Positions 56,510-64,000 of a stretch of 64,000 nucleotides of DNA are shown in pieces; the stretch's first letter is position 1; each line of letters opens with the position of its first letter. Both the position numbers and the translations under genes were made by a program. Source of the stretch: the human T2T-CHM13v2.0 reference genome, Homo sapiens; the NCBI RefSeq assembly GCF_009914755.1, contig NC_060942.1. One strand, given 5' to 3'. The notes beneath the pieces were generated by a model. That model was given only the letters and a program-made list of their open reading frames with translations, was not told the DNA's origin and made no database searches.

Positions 56510-58467
56510 AGCAGAACTAAATGAAATTGAAACAAAAAAAAAATTACAAAAGATAAACAAAACAAAAAGCTGGTTCTTTGAAAAGATAAATCAAATTGAT
56601 AGACCATTAGTAAGTTTAACCAAGAAAAGAAGAGAGAAGATCAAAAAAAGCTCCATTATAAATGAAATGGGAGATATTACAACTGATACAACAGAAATAC
56701 AAAAGATCATTCAAGGCTACTATGAATACCTTCATGTGCATAAACTAGAAAACCTAGAGTAGATGGGTAATTTACTGGAAATATACACCCTCCTAGATTA
56801 AATCAGAAAGAAATAGAAACTCTGAACAGACCAACAACAAGCAGCAAGATTGAAATGTTAATAAATGGTGTAAAGAAATTGCCAACAAAAAAAATCAATG
56901 ACCAGATGAAATCACAGCTGAATTCTATCAGACATTCAAAGAAGAATTGGTCCCAATCCTATTGACACTATTCTACAAGATAGAGACAGAGGGAATCCTC
57001 CTTAAATCATTCTATGAAGCCAGTATTCCCCTAGTACAAAAACTGGGAATGGACATAACACCCACACACACAAAAAAAACTACAGACAAATATCCCTGAT
57101 GACTATAGATGCAAAATATAGCTAACAAAATACTAACTAACCGAATCTGACAGCATAACAAAAAGATAATCCACAACGATCAAGTGGGTTTCATACCAGG
57201 GATGGAGGGATGGTTTAATATATGCAAATCAATAAATGCAATACACCACATAAACAGAATTAAAAACAAAAATCCCATGATCATCTCAATAGAGGCAAAA
57301 GAAGCATTTGGCAAAATCCAGCATCCCTTTATGATTAAAACCCTCAGCAAATTAGGCATAGAAGGGACACACTTTAATGTAATGAAAGCCATCTCTGACA
57401 AACCCACAGCCAACATAATACTGAATGGGGAAAAGTTGAAAGTATTCCCCCTGAGATGAACTGGAACAAAACAAGGATGCCCATTCTCACCACTTCTATT
57501 CAACATAGTACTGGAAGTATTAGCCAGAACAATCAGATAATAGAAAGAAATAAAAGACATCTAAATCGGTAAAGAGGAAGTCAAACTGTCACTGTTTGCT
57601 GATGATATGATCACATACCTAGAAAACCCTAAAGAATCTCTTGAAAAGCTCCTAGAACTGATAAATGAATTCAACAAATTTCAGGATACAAAATTAATGT
57701 ACACAAATCAGTAGTCCTGCTATACACCAGCAGCAACCAAACTGAGAATCAAGAATGAAACCCCTTTCATAATAGCTGCAGAAAATTAAAATACTCAGGA
57801 ATATACCTAACAAGGAGGTAAAAACCTCCACAAGGAAAACTACAAAACACTGCTGAAAGACATCATAGATGACACAAACAAATGGAAACACATCCCATGC
57901 TCATGGATGGGTAGAATCAATATTGTGAAAATGACTATACTGCCACAAGCAATCTACAAATTCAATGCAATTTCCATCAAAATACCACTATCATTCTTCA
58001 CAGAACAAAAAAAAAACTCCTAAAATTCATATGCAACCAAAAAAGAGCCCACATAGCCAAAGCAAGACTAAGCAAAATGAACAAATCTGGAGGCATCACA
58101 TTAGTTCACTTTGCACTATACTATAAGGCCATAGTCACCTAAACAGCATAGTACTGGTATAAAAATAGGCATATAGACCAATGGAACAGAATAGAGAACC
58201 CAGAAATAAAGCCAATACTTACTGCCAAGTGATCTTTGAGAAAGCAAACAAAAACATGAAGTGGGGAAAGGATGCCCTATTCAACAAATGGTGCTGGTAC
58301 AATTGGCAAGCCACATGTAGAAGAATAAAACTGGATCCTCATCTGTCACCTTGTGTAAAAATTAACTCAAGATGGATCAAAGACTGAAATCTAAGATCTG
58401 AAATCATGAATATGCTAGAAAATAACATCACAAAAACCCTTCTGGATATTGGCTTAGGCAAAGACTT
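56510..58467 (+). mobile_element. Inverted 5' segment (ORF2) of the same L1PB insertion
   Basis: ORF 57184-57459 '[24 protein letters not shown]' is L1 RT; ends 'ggcttaggcaaagactt', contiguous in L1 with the other segment; TSD TAAAG(T/A)TTTTCT at 55407 and 58473. Confidence 0.9.
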
Positions 58468-58636
58468 TACGGTAAAGATTTTCTAATATGTTTGTCATAG
58501 TTCTTAAGTTCTTTCTAAGTATTTTAGTGAATTATTTTATGCTGAATGTATATTAACTTTTGTCACATACTTTGTTAGAATTTATAAGGATGACTATTTT
58601 TTCTAAATAAATTTATTAATATAATAAAGTATTTTA

Positions 58637-59274
58637 CAGGTTGCATATCCTTTATCTGGGACCAGAATATTTCAGATATTTTTTAAATTTTGAAATAGTC
58701 ACATACATAATGAAATGTCTTAAGGAAGGGAACCAAATCTAAACATGAAATTTTTTAAATATAAATCTTATACACATACTCTGAAGTTAGTTTTATACAA
58801 TATTTGTAATAATTTTTTTCGGGAAACTGTTTGTTTACATTGAACCATCAGAAAACAGGGGTGCCGGGTGTGGAGTTTTTCACTTGTAATATCATGTTAT
58901 CACTTAAATAGTTACAGGCTGAGCATAGTGGCTCATGCATGTAATCCAAGCAGTTTGAGAAACAGAGGGTGAGGGTGGCTTGAGGACAGACATTTGAGAC
59001 CAGCCTGGGCAATATATCAAGATGACATCTACAAAACAAAACAAAACAGAACAACAACAACAAAAAATCAGCCAGGCATAAAGGCACATGCCTGTGGTCT
59101 GAGCTGGATGGGAGGATCACTTGAGCCTGGAAGTTGAGGCTCCAGTGAGCCATGATTATTCCACTGCACTCTAGCCTGGGTGAAAAAGCAAGACCCATCT
59201 CAAAAAAAAAAAAAAAATTAAGATTTTGGAGCATTTTGGATTTTGAATTTTTTGGATTATGAATGCCCAACCTG
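58637..59274. mobile_element. Tigger4/MER46 (Zombi) DNA transposon split by an AluJ
   Basis: TIRs caggttgcatatcc and gaatgcccaacctg with TA flanks; 'gattttggagcattttggatttt'. Confidence 0.85.
58917..59217 (+). mobile_element. AluJ
   Basis: 'gagaccagcctgggcaa', 'ggaggatcacttgagcctggaagttgaggctccagtgagccatgat'; A tail. Confidence 0.88.
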
Positions 59275-59566
59275 TATAGGATTTCCTAATATTAAAAAAA
59301 AAAATCTGACATTCCTAAAATCAATCTCACTTTTTCAAAATTATTTTAATAAGGTATTACAGTATTTTTGTTCATATTTTTACAACAATATTAATATTTG
59401 AATTTTGTCATTAGTTTTATATTATATTAATTCTTGATCATGTTTTTGTTTCCAAATATATTTGCTTTATATAAAAATTTGGACGTTTTTATGCTGTTCC
59501 CCCCTCTTTGGATTATCTGATATTTATCTACTTGAAAGAATTGCCTTGCGAATCTGTCTATAAAGC

Positions 59567-59825
59567 TTTTTTTTTCTTTTTTTTTTTTTTTTGAGTTGGA
59601 GTTCTCGGCTCACTGCAACCTCCTCCTTCCAAGTTCAAGCAATTCTCATGCCTCAGCCTCCCCAGTAGCTGGGATTACAGGCATGTGCCTATATTTCTGT
59701 ATTTTAGTAGAGACTGGGTTTCACCATGTTTCCCAGTCTGGTCTCAAATTCCTGAGCTCAGGCAATCTGCCCGCCTTGGCCTCCCAGAGTGCTAGGATTA
59801 GAGGTGAGAGCCACCACGCCCAGCC
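59567..59825 (-). mobile_element. AluS (Sx-like) with internal deletions
   Basis: 'ctgagctcaggcaatctgcccgccttggcctccc'; segment after 'gagttggagtt' missing. Confidence 0.85.
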
Positions 59826-60064
59826 AAACCTGTGTATTTTTCTACTAATGATTTCTGCTTTTATTTTTCTTAATATATTCCTCTCGTTTCCTTTTCATTT
59901 ATCATTTTGTTCTATTTTGGATTTTTGGGTTAGATATTTAATTTATTTTTAATTCATTGATACAGATATTTAATTGTGGAAAATTTCCTCCAAGCACTGC
60001 TTTAACACTAGTCCATTGATTTAAGCATGTTTCTGTTATTATAATTTTCTTAAAAATCTGTTAT

Positions 60065-63000
60065 TTAAAAATTTATTTATTTATATATAATACTTGTACA
60101 TTTATATGAGGATACATATATGGAATTTTCCTACAAACATAGACTATGTAATGCTCAAGTCAGAAGGTTTGAAGTATTCATCATCTGAAATATTCATTAT
60201 TTCCATGTATTGGAAACATTTCAAGTCCTCTCTTCTACTATCTGGAAATACATAAAATACTATTGTTAAAAACCGTCACCCTACAATGCAACCAAACTTT
60301 GAACTTACTCCTTCTGTTTAAACTGTGTTCTTACACATTACATAACCTCTCTTCATCCTGCTCTCACCCCCACACACCCTTCCAAGCCTCTGGTTTCTAT
60401 CATTCTATCTATCTTTCTCTATGAGATCAACTTTTGTAGCTCCAAAGAAAGAGGAAGAACATCCAAAATTTGTTTTTCTGTACCTGGCTTATTTCACTTA
60501 ATGTAAGGACCTTTAATTCTATCCATGTTACTATTAATGAAAGAATTTCATTCTTTTTTATGGCTAAGAAATATTTCATTGTGTATATATACCACATTTT
60601 CTTTAAATATTCATTTGGTGATGGACACTTAGGTTCTTTACTACTGTGAGTAGTGCTGCAATAAACTTGTTAGTGCCGGTATCCCTTTAATATACTGATT
60701 TTTTTTCCTTAGCATAAATACCCAGGAGTGATACTGCTGGATCATATAGTAGTTCTAATTTTTTGGTTTCTTAGAAATCACTACACCGTTTCCATAATGA
60801 ATAATTTGCATTTCCACCAACAGTGTATAAAAGTTCCTTTCTCTCTACACCTTCACCAGTATCTGTTTTTTTTTTTTCTTTTTACTAATAGCCATTTTAA
60901 CTAGGGTAAGATGATATAGCATTGTCGTTTTGTTTTGCATTCCTCTGGTGATTAGCGATATTGAATATGTTTTCCATATATCTGTTGGGCATTTGTATGT
61001 CTTCTTTTGAAAAATCTATTTATATCCTTTGCAAACTTTTAAATGTACTTTTTACTATTTTTTCTTGAGTTGTTTGTGTTCCTTTTATATTCTGATTATC
61101 AATCCCTTGTCAGTTGAATAGTTGGCAAATATTGTCTCCCATTTGACAGGTTGTCTCTCCACTCTGTTGATTGTTCCCTTTGCTATGCAGAAGCTTTTTA
61201 GTTTAATATAGTCCCATTGGTATATTTTTAATTTTGTTGCCCATGCTTTTGAGGTCTTATCTATAAAATGTTTGCCTAGACAAATAGTCTGTAGTTTTTT
61301 CTATGTTTTTTTCTAGTAGTTTTAGTTCCAGAGCTTATGTTTAAGTGATTTAATGCATTTCACATTGATTTATGTATGTGGTGAATGGTAGGAATCTAGT
61401 TGAATTATTATATATATGGATATCTCATTTTCCCAGCAGCATTTATTGAAGAGGGTGTCCATTCTCTAATGTATCTTCTGGCCACCTTGTTGAAAATCAG
61501 TTGGCTGTAAATCTGTTGATTTATTTTGGGGTTCTCTAATCTGTTCTATTGGTTTATATCTGTTTTTATGTTAATATCATGGTATTTTGGTTACTATAGC
61601 TTTGTAATATATCATAAAGTCACTTTTGTTCTTTTTGCTCAGAACTGCTTTGGCAATTCAAGATTTTTTTCATTTTTTATGAATTTTAGAATTTTTTTTC
61701 TAATTCTGTGAAACATGATGTTGGCATTTTGATAGGGATTGCATTTTATCTGTATATTGCTTTGAGCAGTATAGGCATTTTAATGATATTAATTCTTCCA
61801 ATCCGTGAGTATGGGATGTCTTTCCATTTGTTTGTGTGTTTTTCAGTTTCTTTCATCAGTGTTTTGTAATTTTCCTTGCAGAGGCCTTTCATCTTCTTAT
61901 ATTTATTCCTAGATTTTATTTTGTAGCAACTGTAAACAAGATTGCCTTCTTGGTTTCTTTTCCAGCTATTTCATTATTGATATGTAGATATGCAATTGAT
62001 ATTCATATTTTGATTTTGTATCCTGCAACTTTTCTGATGACTTTGTTGATCAAACTAAGAGTTTTTTGGTAGAGTCTTTAGGTTTTCCTAAATATAAGAT
62101 TATGTCATCTGCGAGAGGAACAATTTAACTTTCTCTTTTCCAATTTGGATGTCTTTTCTTTCTCTTGCCTGATTGCTCTGGCCAGAACTTTCAATACTAT
62201 GTTGAATAGGAATAATGAAAATGAGCATCCTTGTCTTGTTTCCTTTCTTAGAGGAAAGGCTTACAGCTTTTCCTCATTCAGTATGTTAGCTGTGAGTTTG
62301 TCATATATAGCTGTTATTATGTTGAAGTATGCTCTTTCTATAACTAGTTTGTTGAGAATTTTTATCATGAAAAAATGTTGGACTTCATTGACTGTTTTTT
62401 CGTTATCTATTGAGATTATCATATGTTTTTTGCCCTTTATTCTGTTGATGTGATGTTTCATGTTTGTTGATTTACAAATTTGAGCCATCCTTGCATTGCT
62501 GAAATAAATAACTTGACACAATGGTCATTCAGGAGCATGTTTTTAAAATGTCCATGTATTTTTGCATTTTGAAAGTTTGCTATATATTGATTTCTAGTTG
62601 TTTTTCATTGCAGTCTGGGAAGATACTTGATACAATTTTTATTATTTTAAATTTATTGAGTCTTCTTAGTGGTCTGACATGTGTTCTATTCTGGAGAATA
62701 TTCCATGTGCTGATGAGAAGAATATGTTTTCTACAGCTGTTGGATAAAATGTTCTTTAAATATCTGTTAGTTTCATCTGGTCTAAAGTGTAGTTTGAGTC
62801 ACACGTTTCTTTGTTTATTTTATGTTTAGATAATCTTTCTAATGCTGAGAGTGGGGTGTTGAAGTCCCCAGCTATTATTGTATTAGAGTTGCCCTCTCCA
62901 TTTAGGTTAAATAATATTTGCTTTATATACCTCAGTGCTTCATTGTCGGGTGCATATATATTTATAGTTATATCCTCTTGCTGAATTAATCCCTTTATAA

Positions 63001-64000
63001 CTATATAATGATTCTTTTTGTCTCTTTTTACTGTTTTGACTTAAATTCTGTGTTATCTGATATAAGTATAGCTACTCCTGGTAACTTTTAGTTTTCCTTT
63101 GTTTGGAATATCTTTTTTATCTCTTTAAATTTATATGTGTCTTTACAGGTGAGTTTCTTATAGGAAGCATATCATTAGGTAATGTTTTTGTTTATTTTTC
63201 TTTCAGCCAGACTATATCTTTTAGGTGTAAAATTTAAGCTGTTTATATTCATGATTATTACTGATAGGTGGACTTATTTCTATATTTTGTTAATTGTTTT
63301 CTGGTTGTTTTGTATTTTCTTTGTTCTTCTCTTTCTCTGTTGTTTTCATTGTGGCTTGGGGTTTTCTGAAGTAGTAACATTTGAGTTCCTTTTCCTCATG
63401 TGTGTTTGCTCTATCAGTGAATTTTATACTTTCATATGTTTTCCTAATGGCAGATATCTTTTTTTTACTTCCAAGTGTAGGACTCCCTTAAGCATTTCTG
63501 GTAGGGCTGGTCTAGTAGTGATGAATGCTGTCAGTTTTTGCTTACTGGGAAACACTTTATTTCTTCTTCATTGATAAAGGATAACTTTGCTGGATATAAT
63601 ATTTTTGGCTACCAGCCTTTTTCTGTTTTTTTCCCCAGCAATTTCAATGTATCATCCCTTCTCTTCTAGCCTGTAAGGTTTCTGCTCAGAAATCTGCTAT
63701 TACTCTGATGGGGGTTCCCTTATATATGAATGGGTGTTTTTCTCCTGTGGTTTTTAGAATTCTCTCTTTGTCTTTTGACACTTAGACTGTGATGTGCCAT
63801 TGAAAAAATCTTTTTGTATTATACCTATTTCTGAAATTCAAAGGTTCTTGTATCTGGATGTACATATCTCCTGCTAGACTTGGAAAGTTTTCAGCTATTA
63901 ATTTGTTAAACTTGCATTTGTCTTTTCTTCATGTTCTGGAACACACAAATTGATATATTTAGTCACTTTTTGGTGTACCACATGTTATGTAGGTTTTGTT
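60065..64000 (-). mobile_element. L1MA4-like LINE: 3' UTR and decayed ORF2 with an internal deletion near 62515; runs off the window
   Basis: 'taatgctcaagtcag..ttggaaacatttcaagtcctctcttcta'; ORF 62261-62521 '[29 protein letters not shown]' is an L1 RT remnant. Confidence 0.85.

Noticed and set aside
63140-63156. ctttacag|gtgagt recursive-splice-like motif
   Set aside because: Inside an antisense L1, where such motifs are common

Overview
Human (Homo sapiens) genomic DNA, inferred from the human-specific AluYa5 and AluYb8 insertions. The window is AT-rich and non-coding (intergenic or deep intronic), and I cannot name the locus. No protein-coding exon, tRNA, rRNA or snRNA is supported; the ORFs in the track are Alu-derived, decayed L1 ORF2 or chance. 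Bases 1-48 kb are unique sequence mixed with MIR/L2 relics, DNA transposons (MER44, ORSL, MER85, MER5), solo LTRs, a two-LTR MST provirus and Alus. This part also holds a small orphan CpG island (~28.7-28.95 kb), CTCF-like motifs and several enhancer-like blocks. Bases 48-64 kb are a nested L1 pile-up that includes a twin-primed inverted L1PB. The most notable unexplained structure is a 164-bp palindrome at 22465-22628: its inner 26-bp arms are perfect, its loop is 11 nt, and all five arm transitions form G-U pairs on the + strand. It may be a pre-miRNA-like hairpin or an unrecognised MITE. It sits inside an unusually dense cluster of young AluY insertions. Repeat subfamily names come from recalled consensus sequences and need RepeatMasker/Dfam confirmation; boundaries of old repeats are approximate.
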